In this document: positions 39,043 to 52,700 of the stretch, piece after piece
Position numbering within the stretch: position 1 is the stretch's first letter
How the letters are laid out: each line of letters opens with the position of its first letter
From: Tubiluchus corallicola
Taxonomy: Eukaryota > Animalia > Priapulida
Reading direction: 5' to 3'
DNA length: 64,000 bases
Assembly (NCBI GenBank): GCA_030141605.1
Contig: JAQGDQ010000024.1
Span: 124,001-188,000, forward strand
Program-made: the position numbers and the translations under genes
The notes under the pieces: model-generated
What the model saw: only the letters and a program-made list of their open reading frames with translations
What the model was told of the DNA's origin: nothing
The model's database searches: none

Positions 39043-40710
39043 ATGCTTTTTTGTTATTCTTACATTACTGCGACGGGAGCAATATCTTTTTGCTATACTT
39101 TGAGAAAGTAGTAAAAATTTGTCTTTTTTAAAATAAGGTAAAGTAAGAATTCTTAGGTGGGATGTAGATTAACAGCTTTCGAAACTGTGAAGTCAGAAAT
39201 TATGAATTAGTTTATACATAACAACATTATATATATTATGTTTCACAAAACAACATACATAAAACATTCACAATAAAATATGACATCTATTTATAACACG
39301 TAGGACTAATTTGAAATAGAAGCACTTTGATTAGCATCACGTTAAAATTTGCCATTTCTACTGTTGCTTAAAATAGAGTAAAAAAATAAATGTGTGTTGG
39401 TATATACATATAAATATATAAATAAATCGCTGAACAGTAAGAAATATAGGAAAATTCAAAACTAGGAATGATCTTAGCAATGTCCAATTAGAATTTGAGA
39501 AGTGACAGTTTGTAATTTCTTCTTACTTATAACAGCTTTAACTGTTAAATTACAAGATACCTGATTAAGACATGTCAAAAGAATATCAGTTACTTAGATA
39601 ATTATTAGAAAGACGTGGGATGAGTGATACAAGTGACTGTCTTACAAACATCACCTCGTGCTTGCTCTACAATTGCTTTACCAAATATGGAATTACTAAC
39701 GATACAACATGTTGGTTTCTAACTTTCACAAATACTACAGAAACCAATAAACTAAAGTTAACTAAAAAGAATGAAGCAGAAACTTGTTAGACAACAGAGA
39801 TATCTCTTTGGTAAAACGTTTGAGCAATTCATAGAATGGTTACTGTCCATTGCAGGGACTAAGATGCATGCTGTGCTAATACCTCAACTGTTAAATCTAA
39901 TTCTAATATGCTATCCCAACCTTAAATGTTACCAAAGTCATGTAATACTGCAGCTACCATAAGACAGTTCCTCTTTGTAGCATCACACCGCTAGTCATAA
40001 CATTCTCGCAGACTATTTCACAGTCTATGAAAGCAAGCAGCTACAGTTTTCTTAAAAATCAAATAAGCATATAATCTTTAACATCTTCTGTATCCTTGGT
40101 TCATTTATATCAGAAAAAATAGACTGGTTCACGGTGACTACTAATTACACTAAAATTTTTTTCATCCACAAGAAATTTCAACAACATACCTACAATAACA
40201 AGCAATCTACTCTACAGTAATTCAACAATAAATATATTAAGACCTATTATGTCATACTTATGACTATCACAACAAATAAATGCGCTACACTTATCAATAG
40301 ACCATATTATATGACTAGAGACAACATCGTGCTCATAAAAGTTCTACATGGATCAACTACCTTCTGTAATGCTGCTCTATATGATGTGTCAATTAGTGTT
40401 TAAAAACTGCAAGTGTAGGTTGCCACTAAGAAGCTTAAAAGTTGTTTAAAATCCGCCTAGTAAATGATGTTCAACAACATGACAGTCCTGTAAACATGCA
40501 AATACATGAAGAATTCTATTAAGAATATGTGTTACAGATTGTATCATAAGATTGGTTATTCACAATATACAACACTTTTACTAAGACGGTTATGACAAAG
40601 AAGTTTTGGCTCCTGTTCTTATGCAAAACAAGGTTTGCCTTCTATTATGCTCATAAGCTATGTTTGCAGAATTCCATTTTCTGTATTGACTGATGCAGCA
40701 GCTAAGCTGA

Positions 40711-43700
40711 CTACAGTCCTTCAGGTTTAGACTTTGTTGTATCGTAAACTCGAACCAGTTGTGACTGTGGAATGGCACCATGCTCCTCCTGTGAGAACGC
40801 ATAACCATCTAGAAAAATAAAAGTAAAGCTTAAATGTAAATTTTCTTATTAAATGGTATCCATCATCCTAGTAGAGGCCTTTGTAAAAAAAGACCCACAT
40901 TGTCGTGCAGTTCAGTTTCTCACCTTTCAAAAGCACAGTAAATTTCCCTCTAGGAGTGGCCAATTTGTGCCCATTTTTTGCAAAACTTCTTAGTTTGAGA
41001 AAATGGAATACGCCAAGAGTATGTAATACCTGTTGAAAACTATCTTCTATGTTGGGTGTAGTAGGTATAGTTAGATTTCACAGGAGGCCCGTAACTTCTC
41101 CCAAGAGGCATTTTTCAGGACCTAAACTCCTGATTTTTTTCAAAAGTTTGCCAAAGTACCAGTGCATAAAAGGTCGTACTGACACTTGGTGTGGTCGGAG
41201 GGAAATTTATAGCTTCTTCTTACAAATGCCTCAGCCAGGATGAGGGGTTACGAGTTTCGGGCAACATTTTTTCTGGACCATTGTATGAAAAAAAAAGTTC
41301 AATTATAAAATTTTTGAAACTGCACGACGAAACTACTAATGTTAAAATACGGTAGCACAAACATTCATGAGAAAGTTAGAACTGGGCTGAATAATGAATT
41401 ATAAAGTATTACATGTCAGTATTCTCATCTCGCGTGTTGCTGGCACAATTACTTTCACTACAATATGGAATCCTAAAAAGCTTTAGAAAAGCGCAGTGGT
41501 TAAAGAGATATTTGACAAAAATCAGAAAGGATAATTGCAATACAGAAAGAGCTGAATGCAGTTATTCATTGTCTAGCAAGTAATGATATAATTAATAAAA
41601 AGGTGTCTTTCATTCATTCAATTACGGTTTTTTTCAATAAATCACCAGTATCTGATGCTGCATGCAAAAGCAAGATTTTTAATGAAATTGCAATGCTACA
41701 AAGCTAAGTTTCACTTTACACAAAATACTTCAGAGGAATATAAAATATTTATTGGTCAAACATGTTTACTTTTTTCAAATGTTCTATACATTGCATCAAT
41801 TAAAAAGCTCAAGATACAATGATTCTATACAACAAGTTTCTTTATCTTGCAAAGTGTGTTTCAGTGCAGCTTAAAATGCATCTATTCGACTAAAAATGGC
41901 AAATACACAGAAAAGCACACATAGATGAAATAGAAAACCAAAACGCTAATCACTTCAAATGGCAAGCATTTTTGAAAGAAATACAATTTCTGTAAAAATA
42001 CTTTGTCAGTTTGCAAAGGCAAACCTAGACTCCGTCGATGTGGAAATATGCTAGGACGTTAAAAGCTCACTTTCACTCATGAAATAAATTTTGGAAAGTT
42101 AAGTTCTCTCATCTACCAAACCATTTAATCAACCAATCAACCATCTACATTTTTGAAAGTCTTTGTTGCTTTTAACCAACTACGTTAATACTATATTTTC
42201 TATGAAAAAGCTTTTAGGCATTTATCGGTTTTCACAATGAAAATGTCTTGATGAGTAACAAAATGTAACAAATTACATAATTGGAAACTAGTGATGAATT
42301 TGCATTTCAACTGTTGTTTGCTGAGCAAGCACTGAAAAACAAACAAAAATTAAATTTTTTTATAAAATGTGCCCGAAATGTGGCTGACCTGCTACGACGT
42401 GTTTCTGCTAAGCTATGATATGTGGCTTCTAAGCAAATGTGCAATATAAACAATGATGGCCCACAAAAAACTAACATTAGACTTATATTAGTGATTTTAA
42501 AAGGTTTGCCAAGAAAACTAAAAATTCACTTTTTGACAGTTGAATGTGAGAGATCTAGAAAAGAAAGCAAACGTGAAGTGGCTGCATTCACAAAAGAAAG
42601 TGAAACCTTAAGCTAACTGAAGCTGGCAAATGATCATAAAATCACCGTATCTCAGCAATGGCGCCGAAGTTTGGGACGAAGTTACCGTGAATACGGCTTG
42701 TTGTGGAGTTACTGAAAAATCCAGAATACTTGTGTTATTTATTCCAGTGAACCATGCTTAATAATTTTCACAAGTCGGCTAACAGATACTGATCCACAAA
42801 CACTTTAAATTAAAATTACACTCATGCTTAGTCAACAAACAAAAAGATCAGGCAAACCAAACAAAACTAAATCATTTAGGAAACAAATAAAAATTGCTTG
42901 ATTAACTGTAGTTGGCTTCTATTCTACTTACGCTGTAAGTCAATCTGTTGTGACGGCGGTACACGAGGTATGCGGAACACAGTCTTAAGTAAACGTGCAG
43001 TTTCAGTTAGTGTCTGCTTTGTGGCCTTGTAGACAACAGTTGCCGGATCTTCATTAGCCAGCTCTTTTGCTCTCACTTCTTCCATTAAAGTTTTGAACAA
43101 AGTTCGTTTTATACTAAAAGCAAAATATTATTATAATACAATATAATATTAAGACCCCACCTCTTGGGGACGTTTATTCTAAACTGTGTGATGCAATCTT
43201 TATGAAAACTCTCTATAAATTATGTAAACACTCTAATCTTGCAAATGGTAAGTATTCCTACCGAAACCAGAATGAATATCTGTATACATTTGTTCTTTAT
43301 CATTCGTTAATTTTTTGTTTGCTACAACCATGAACATTGCTTCATGATATTTATTTGTTTGCCCCACGGCCTTCAAGTACCCTTCTGCTGAATTTCTGAA
43401 TCAGCATTTAAAAAACATTTTACAACAAAAATTTTAGTTACTTTTAAGTAGTTACGTGATTACATTTTAAAACTTAATGCATCCAAATAAACATACCATT
43501 TTGGAAAATGCTAGTTTATTTACTACACTTGAAAGATTAAAGTGATTAAAAAACACTTACACTTTATATGAGATATCTCCTAATAAAGAAACAAATGGAA
43601 CAAGGAACAGGCCCATCCAGAACATCCCCGAGCTGAGCAACATCTTATCTTCACCCATCAGTTCTGAGCCAATTGGAATGGTTGGCCAGAAGTTGCAATA

Positions 43701-46700
43701 AATGCCAAGAAACAGAAACCAGCTCAGGATGCTGCCCCACAATGCAATATGAGTAATCTGTAACAATAAATGAATGTTCCACTGGAGTGTGACGAACATC
43801 AATAGTATAACATATTAATGTTTAGTACAGTGTGTGTAGTATACCAAATTAAGTTTTTAAAAAATTTGTTTTAAAAACTACTTAAGGTTAATTCTTAGAT
43901 CGGAATGGTCAGTTTTTTACCTTAAAGCAACAAAGAATATGTTAATGGACCTTTTTTGTAAATTTTTTTCCTCATTGTTTCCTCTAATCGGTAAAGCATG
44001 GGCATCATTCTGCATAGAACAAGAGTTTTTGCCTAATCTGATTCACTGTAGATTAAAAATGATAATAAAATTTCGACTGCATAGCGCAAACGTTACAGTG
44101 TATAAAACGCCAAATAAGACTGAGTTAACATACGGATGTCCAAGCGTCCATTTCCAGACCAGCCTTGAAGCAAACAAGGACCAGCGTATACTGAAAAGTA
44201 AGAGTCAGACATTAAATTTTTTTAGGTTATAAATATAAATGTTCAAAGAACACGATGCGAGAATTTCACACATATTCTCATATTACAATAGCAACTGTGT
44301 AATTTGTCATTATTACCATTAGGTAGGCGTTTTGTTGTTTGAACATTTTCGTTTGTACGATAAACTGAAAATAATTTGTTATAAACAGAAATAGTGCTTG
44401 AAATTCAATAAAACTGAAAAATTTAAGTAAAAACAGACTAAATGCGACAAAAGCTAACTAATACTCACAGTATACACCAAATTTCCAAAGAAGTAGTTAC
44501 TAGATGTACGACCGTTGGCCCATGCCACCTCTGGAAAAAATTAAATGTCTGATGTAGTAAGAAGTGAATGTTATACTAAGCTTTGCAACATTTCGCGTGC
44601 TCACAGGTTTAAATGCTGTGTGTTAGTGTTGTCTGATACTACATAATAAATATCGGAATACACAGATATTTAACACAATTCCCCGATATATCAAATTGCA
44701 AATATTTGCTTATATATGTCAACTGATTTTTATAATATTTTACAAACTTTCAATAGTTGTAGTGCTTTCTAAGAAGTGGTCACTGTAGCTCTCGCACATG
44801 CATGTGAACTTGCTTGGCTGGCGAGCAAGTATCACACAACTAACATGTATAAACTCATTAACCTTCAGACAACCTCGTACTGCTCTGGTCCAACACTCAA
44901 ACCTATCTAGCAGTTGATGACTCATGCTGTAGAAAAGGGCTGAATTTAACTCATACATAACTGTTTGGGACTTCATTATTGATTTTTCGCTAGGCTGTTT
45001 TAATTTTGCTAAAGCACGAATTTTAACCTTTTCTTATTTTCTTTCATGAAATGATGAACAAGGTTCATGAGGCTGAATTTCATTCATGGCGTTGTCAATT
45101 TCACTAAATACGTTTCCTTTTCTAAAACTGTATTACAGTATTGAATATGCATTCTGTAATATACATTATCACTAATTAAATATATAAAAGTAAATAAATT
45201 TAGGATCATCAGTTTGAATAGGCAAACTTACAAACAAAATTTGAGCCTGTTTTATACAGCTCTTGTAGGCAAATACATAAAAAAGATATTATAACAGGAA
45301 ATTTTTTGCAATATGGATCATATTGAATTAGCACCCAAGGTTAAATAACAATATTATATCGGATGGGAAAAACAAATATCGAACAACACTACCGTGTGCA
45401 AGGTAGAGACGGATAGCACACATATCAAATCACTGCTTCAAAATGCATGTCGGCACAGTGTCTTACTCATTAAGGAAGCAATTGGCAACCTGTCTGTGTT
45501 TACATTTCTTCAGTTAATTTACACAATCAAGTAACATATGCGGTCTTATTTAATTGTTATAGTTGTCAAAAATTTTAATTAACTAACATGAAATAAAATC
45601 TAACAAATTAAAAAATACTGCAGGCTTTTCTTGCATAATTTTATTATAACATTAAGTCGCAACGTGTTTTGTTCCAAGGACAGTTTCAGGATATCTTTGC
45701 TTTCACCAAGTGCCTACGTTCTATATATTAAAGTAATTATAAAACAGAATTCTATTTACAAAAATGATCTTAGATAAAGCTTACCTTGAGTAATCAGTGA
45801 CCAAGTTAACCAGAACACAAGTATGGAATGTACCACAGCACTGCTGACCCACAACCAAAACACCTACAACAAGATAAATTCTGTTGCACGCAACCCCTGC
45901 CAGCAATCAGCATTAAATGATATTTATTATTACTCTAGTTATATGTGGATGAAAGAACAAAAGGAACTTCTTACTTACAGGCACTCTTTCAGTACAGTGG
46001 ACAAATTAGTTGACTTTGTAGTGTTTTGTGTAAAGAATTTCCGAAAAGAAACTATAAACAAACGACTGACAAATCAATAGGTGTAAAACTGACAGCACAG
46101 CTGTAATAAGAACTAGTCATGACAGAATAATATGATACACAGCTTTAGAGCCTCAAAAGTCTTCACTTAGTTCTGCACTGCTTTAAACTCACACAAGTGT
46201 ACGAGTTAAAGGTATTCTGAAAAGACATATTTAGTAGTTAAAATTGCAACACTTTTACCAATATCTTCAAACGTAAAAGACTCAATTCATTTCAAAAAGC
46301 ACTGAAATCTAACTTCAGTCATTTTCATAGATCATCATTAATGTCGATATAATATTATACAGATTAGCAAAAGACAGATGAAACAGATTACCGAAATGAG
46401 AAGCATCGTAATAAAATGACACGCGAGTTCTTATTATTGTAGCCATGCTCGACATCGAGTTTACGCTACGTTGAAAATGACAACTATAACCTAGGTTTTG
46501 CACGATTCTTTATTTCCCTATTGGCATTTAAAGTTTGAAAAGAAAACATAATCACAATTTTATATGTATTTAAATGCTGACAGTTTAACGCATACAATGG
46601 GTATATACATTTTAATGATCTGTAAGAAGTGCTACATTTTTGCTCAGTTTGAGAACTAACTAAAAACTTGAATACTGTTTGAAAGTACCTTAACATTAAA

Positions 46701-49700
46701 CATAATTCCAGACTGTGAAGATTTGTACAATGCGGGAAATCTTAGCAGATTTTCTGCACTGCAAGTTCTGTCGAATAAACCAATCACCAATGGTGGGCAA
46801 GCCGTGAATATCTGCAAATAAATAAAAATTTTGTCAGTTAAATTGAATTTGTGATAGTTGTTGATATTACAAATAAAACCACTTAAAAAATCATCAACAT
46901 ATTTAACATTATATTATTGGTTTGCAATAGTGTTGCACCAATGTTCATTTTATTGCTTTAACATCTTACGCAATATAAAATTAATTTTGTAGGTTGCTTT
47001 GAAAATATGTGTGAATTTTAGCAATATATAAAACACTCACTACATTGTACATGCCAACTGTCCATCTTTCGAATAATGTTTGACCAGAAAATCCACAGAG
47101 CATGGCAAACCACAGCTAAATTAAAAAGACTATGACTTTTACCAAAGCCAAAACTGTACATTCTGTGAAATTGTTATCAACAAACGACAAACCAGCAAAG
47201 AATTACCGATAATAATTTGACAATAATTTTAATGAGTGGCTATACCTAAATAAAAAGTACTTCTAGCTTTTTATTATAAAAAGAGATGCCATCGATTTAT
47301 AAGACAAAAACTTGTAAACAAACGCATTTAATCCTAGGGAATTCATCAAAAAGTTGCTAGACTTTAAGCTAAATGAGTTCACTAAAAAGTTTACCTCTAT
47401 AACGTAAAGACAAACGTTTTTATGAAACGAGTAGAGGATAAGTTTAGTGAGTCGACTATAACTCCAGGCTCCATGAACAAATAACAGCTTCGTGAGAAAC
47501 CGAAACTATACAGAAATAAACAACGTATCACCTTTACTAACTTTTGACAAAATAACTAACCAGTAGTCATTAATTCAATATTTATTCACCCCATGTATCA
47601 TTATTATTAAATATAGATATAACTTAAAGTCAAAACCCATTTCCAATATGAAGCACAATACAAAGTTTGCCGTACATATGTACTTTCTATAGATTAAAAA
47701 AGTTAACTATTATGTATAAAATGCATGCAGAGGAGACACTTCGGTCCATAACATGATACACAAGGCAAAACCTTTTATTACCTGCGCAATGGAGTAATCA
47801 GAAGCACATGCCGCTTGCAAACCTTCCACGCCACTGATTCCTACCCCAACATGAGCTTGCTGAAAAATTTGACAAACACCATCACCAGGCACAGCCACCA
47901 CAGCAATTAAAAAGCATGTAGTTCACATAAATGTCTTGCTCAAGCTTGCCACTAGCACACAGATTGGTTTACGTATCAAGCAACTGAAGCAGGCAGCTTT
48001 CAGACACATTTGGGAGTTTTACCTGGTGCTAATTGTCAAAAACAGGACATCACAAGTCACTACACATAACTGTCATCGTAATGCGAGTAACCTAGTAATA
48101 TATTTCTGTATTCTAGAAGGGAAGAATAATGATCAGCATTCATGATTTGGTTTTATTTGTTATTTTTTTTATATAACCTTAATCCATAGAAGAACATTGT
48201 GTTTTTAATGAACGTGGTTAAATAATGCGTAATCCAGTAAATACTATTCCAAGGTGCATACATCTGGTTCACATGTAATTTCATCAGAAAAAAAAACGCT
48301 TTTTGCTCTTATGTATTTGTATGTATTTGTTTGTATTTCAAGAATAAATTGAGAAAATGTAGGACTCTGAAATACTTGTACAAAAGTCACAATTACAGAT
48401 CATATTTAGCAATGTTTTGTTTAGTTTGGATTCAGCATATAGCCACAGATGTAACTTATGCAGCCATGCTACTTATAGCATGTTTATCAGTTGGTTAAGC
48501 TGAAATGCTTCAAAAATGCAATGTAAACTAATACAAATCATATGGTCTGAAACCGGCTGACAAAATTCTGGGCTTTTATGTTTCATTGTTTCCTTAAAAT
48601 TTCCAAATGCCAAACAATCACAAATCCGATGCTGCCAAGCCAAACAAATGCTCAAACCACCATGTGAGGCAACTCAATCACTTACCTGTATCATGGCAAC
48701 ATCATTAGCTCCATCACCGATAGCCAGTGTGACAACATTGACAGTTTTTCTCACCATCTCTACAACTTCGGATTTCTGCATTGGTGAAGTCCTGCCAACC
48801 GTCATAAAAACCATAACAAAACCGTAAAACTAATGTTCTCAACTAAATTAACTGTAGCAAATAGCAGAGTAACAATGACGCCTAACGCCTAAATGAGGCT
48901 TAATAGCCGAATAAAGGTATGACTATGGGACAGCTTTTTGGAAATAGACACAAAAGTTCAATTGATGCACTTACCGGCAGCAGATAACCGTTCTGCAAGA
49001 CATGGCGACATCAAGGAAATCTTGTCTTACATCACATGACAAGGCGTACTTTAAACTCTGAAATAATCAGGAAGCATGAAAAAATACCACCCTTAAACAT
49101 TTTCATCAGATGCAAATACGCTTGAGAATAAACACATTTTAGCAAAGGCAAATAATGCTACCAATTACAAACTAATCAGCTTATAATTGGTTACTGTAAA
49201 GGGTTTTGAACAGCATATTTCTCCAGTTACTCAATTTTCAAAATAACACACTGATGGTGATATTAACCAAAGTTTTATAAATCAATCAATGAACACTTTA
49301 TTTGGCAGAAGTTACCAACTGCAATAATTTTTACCTGACCATCAATAATCAGAGCCACATCTATATTGTCTTTCTTTAAATGCTCTCCGAATTCAGTTAC
49401 ATGCCGATGTACGGTTTCTCGAGTGGCCTGCAATTACAATACAAGTAATCAAATGAGTATCATAAAATGTAATGATAACTATCAGTATAACCAGGAGTAT
49501 TATCAGCAAGCATCATAAATATTAATATAAAAAAAGCAAAACAAGTAACAATTTTGTGACTGTGTATCAGAATGGTAATGCAGATGCCTCTCAAAGGTTT
49601 TTTTTAAAATCACCACTTACATCTAGAGTTTCTTCGTTACAGATAAGCAAGTGCATGCCCTGAGTAAGTAGTTTACATGCATATCCGATGTTGATCGCTG

Positions 49701-52700
49701 TCTCCTGTTTATCACCAGTCAGCATCCATGTCTTAATGTCGGCCTTCATTAACTGAGCAATAGCTTCAGGAACTCCCTCCTGTAATTTGTCTTCAATGGC
49801 TGTTGCTCCAAGTAGCATGAGGTTCTATACAGAGTCGAAATATTAAATTTTGAAATAACAAAACCCAACATAGTTTATCAAAAAATAAATGCAAACCGGA
49901 TAATAGATATAATCCTAAAATAGGACATCATCTTTTGCTAAATAAAAACCATTCTTTAATGTAATTAAGAAAGTAATTAATTGAAAAGTAACAAAAGTCA
50001 AAATAATTAGAATGCCAACCAACAGCCACTAACATGCCCCCAGTTTAGGTAATAATCAAAAGCAGAGTACAGAACATTCGTATTTTGTTCTTATTTCTAC
50101 CTATGAGTTTGGCAATAACAGGAGTTAAAATATTCAAGTAAATTAACAAAATTATCAAACCCGTTCAATCAGCTCTGCTGCCTCTTCAATCTTTGACTCT
50201 CTATACTGTATAGCGATGCTGGCCTGGTAATACGTTTGTTTCCACTCCTCATAAAACGGTTCGGGAATATCTGTCACAGCACAGCATAATGTCCGTAAAC
50301 CTAATCAGAAAAAAATCAATTTAACTCACTCCTTACTTGTGATTTGTTTGTTAATTAGATATCTCTATGCACTAACTTCTTACTTTGGCACCAACACAGC
50401 TTATTATTTTGTTTTTCTGTCCAATCCAGGCACAAGACAATGATGACAAAGTGACAGAAAACTTGAAGACAATGTGCTGTTACAGCCCAGCTACTAATGA
50501 ATAACTATAAAAACAACAAATAAACATTAAAGGCTTAACTCTTAAATTAAGTTAAATTAGTTTTTCTAACATTTTCCTTGTGTGAAGTCTTGCGATTATA
50601 AATAAAATGAAGCGAAGCCTGCAAATGGTATTCAAAATCTTACCACTCGTAGCAAATTGTTCTAAATGAGACAAGGTCACATCTCGGTATGTCTGATTAT
50701 CACCAAGCCTCTCATAGATGACAGTATCCTGAAAAATAAATCATTGGTACCCTCGAAAATCCAGTTATATCAACAGAATAATTTCAAGGGATCAGAAAAG
50801 ACAAGAACTGATGAGTTATGTAATGAAAACCAGTACTCTAAGATACTTACGGCACCCTTGCAGTAAAGCTTGATTCTTCCAGACGGTGTTCGTACAATTA
50901 CTGACATTCTCTTTCTCGTACTAGAAAATAAAGTAACTAAAAATAATTTACTAGAATGATTATTGTGTTTTCCTTGCCATCCTTGGTTAAAACAAAAAGT
51001 GTTCAAGATCCTGGTTTCACTTTTGTTCAACACACGAACACACAACACTCAACCTTCATCAGCTAGCTGTCAGTCAACTGCGACAAACTATTCTAGCCGA
51101 TGAATGTCGAGAGACCAAAAGCTTCTAGCCTGAAATGAACTTTGAAATCAAACAGCAATTTTGTTGACTTTTGCAAAATTTCCAGTTTCAAGAGAATATT
51201 AATTTACATAAGAACATGAACTATCACTAAAGATTAGTAACTATTCTTCTTAACAGTCATTTCTAAAAAAACTTACTAGTTATGATTATTTCTTAATTGT
51301 TAACAGTATATATAACCTTAAACTTACAAAAATAGAAGAGTTCTCTTACCTAGTGAACTCCAGGATATTAAGAATTTCATATTTTTCCTCACGACCAAAC
51401 TAGAAAAAGAACAAATACCTAGTATCAAGCTGTGAAAAGTACAGAAACTGGATAAAGTTACAAAGCAGGTTAGGAATTTTAAGGCTTTATCACCATACCT
51501 TCGAGACTTCTAGTTGCTATACTCTTTAATTTAAAAGTTGAACGATGTATAATATAACGTAAACACTGGAAGAGCAACTTACCACTTCAACCACGACACT
51601 GTCCGGTGTACGAACTTTGAACACAAAGCCAAGTTTTCTAGCACCTTTAACAAGTGCCCCTTCATCTAAAAGCAAACAAAACAATACAAGTTGGGCTTAA
51701 TGTTGTTCATACACAACTTATAAAACCATTCTACTATGTCAAGTTTCTAATAACTTACAAACAATAAAAGTGTTATTGAATAAAAATCAGCCTTCAGATA
51801 AAGATTTTAGTTAAGAAGGTTTTTTGCAAAAAAAATGTTGCCAATGTAACAGTTATAAAAGTTGTGAAGTGTTTGGATAAACTCAACTTATCCTCCATTG
51901 CCAAAAACACACTGCTTAAAACAAATGCCATCTAAATGAAAAATTCAATATTTAAAAAATGCATGAGTGATATCAATGATGTACCCGGTGAGGAAGCCTG
52001 ATATGTGATTTCCACGTCGCCATTAGTTTCCGGTACAACTGAATGACAGATTGCCATGAGTGTGAGAAACTCTCGTATGATTGGTCCGGATGGGTGATTA
52101 GTGTTCAAGTTTTCTAACAAGGTCGGATCGCAAAATGACTCCGCACTGTCTATGTTGTCACTATAAAATAAAAAAATTAATTTTCAATGGGTATTTGTCA
52201 AAGTTCCAACACATCTATAATTAGACAAAGTAACTAACCATCTGCAGTACCAGGTAGGAGGTATTATATATTTTCTTAGTCAGATGGAAAATGTAACAAA
52301 TGATGCTTCCTGTTTTTAATTTGAGAGGTTTTAAGTTTAATTTGGTAATCAGGTTATACCAAAGACTTTAAAAATAGTACTTCTTGTCAACAAAATCAAG
52401 TTTGTCTTGTACTCTACAAAAAGTTCTTTTAATTTGCCCTCTTGCATAAAACCACATTTTTCATCAACATGTATGTCATGTCTATACGTCCAATGCACTT
52501 GCAAATGTTAAACCGAATAAAGGAAATGACTTTTCCAGTCACAACAATCAAAATAACCTCTCCAACAACGACAAAAGTAATATGTGTTATGTGAATATTC
52601 CCATATATGAATGAAGATATGCTATGCAATAATACACACCCATATACAATTCCGGCAATACTGCACTTTTTAAATACCATAACATTTCGTGTTAAAGTTC

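Noticed and set aside
38916-39060. Selenocysteine reading of the LIAS TG|A codon
   Set aside because: No ATGA...AA...GA SECIS-like pattern visible in the short 3'UTR, and the position is not a conserved Cys.
44740-44976. 78-aa minus-strand ORF as an ATP8A alternative exon
   Set aside because: Lies inside the hAT-like element 44624-45391 and has no similarity to P4-ATPase sequence.
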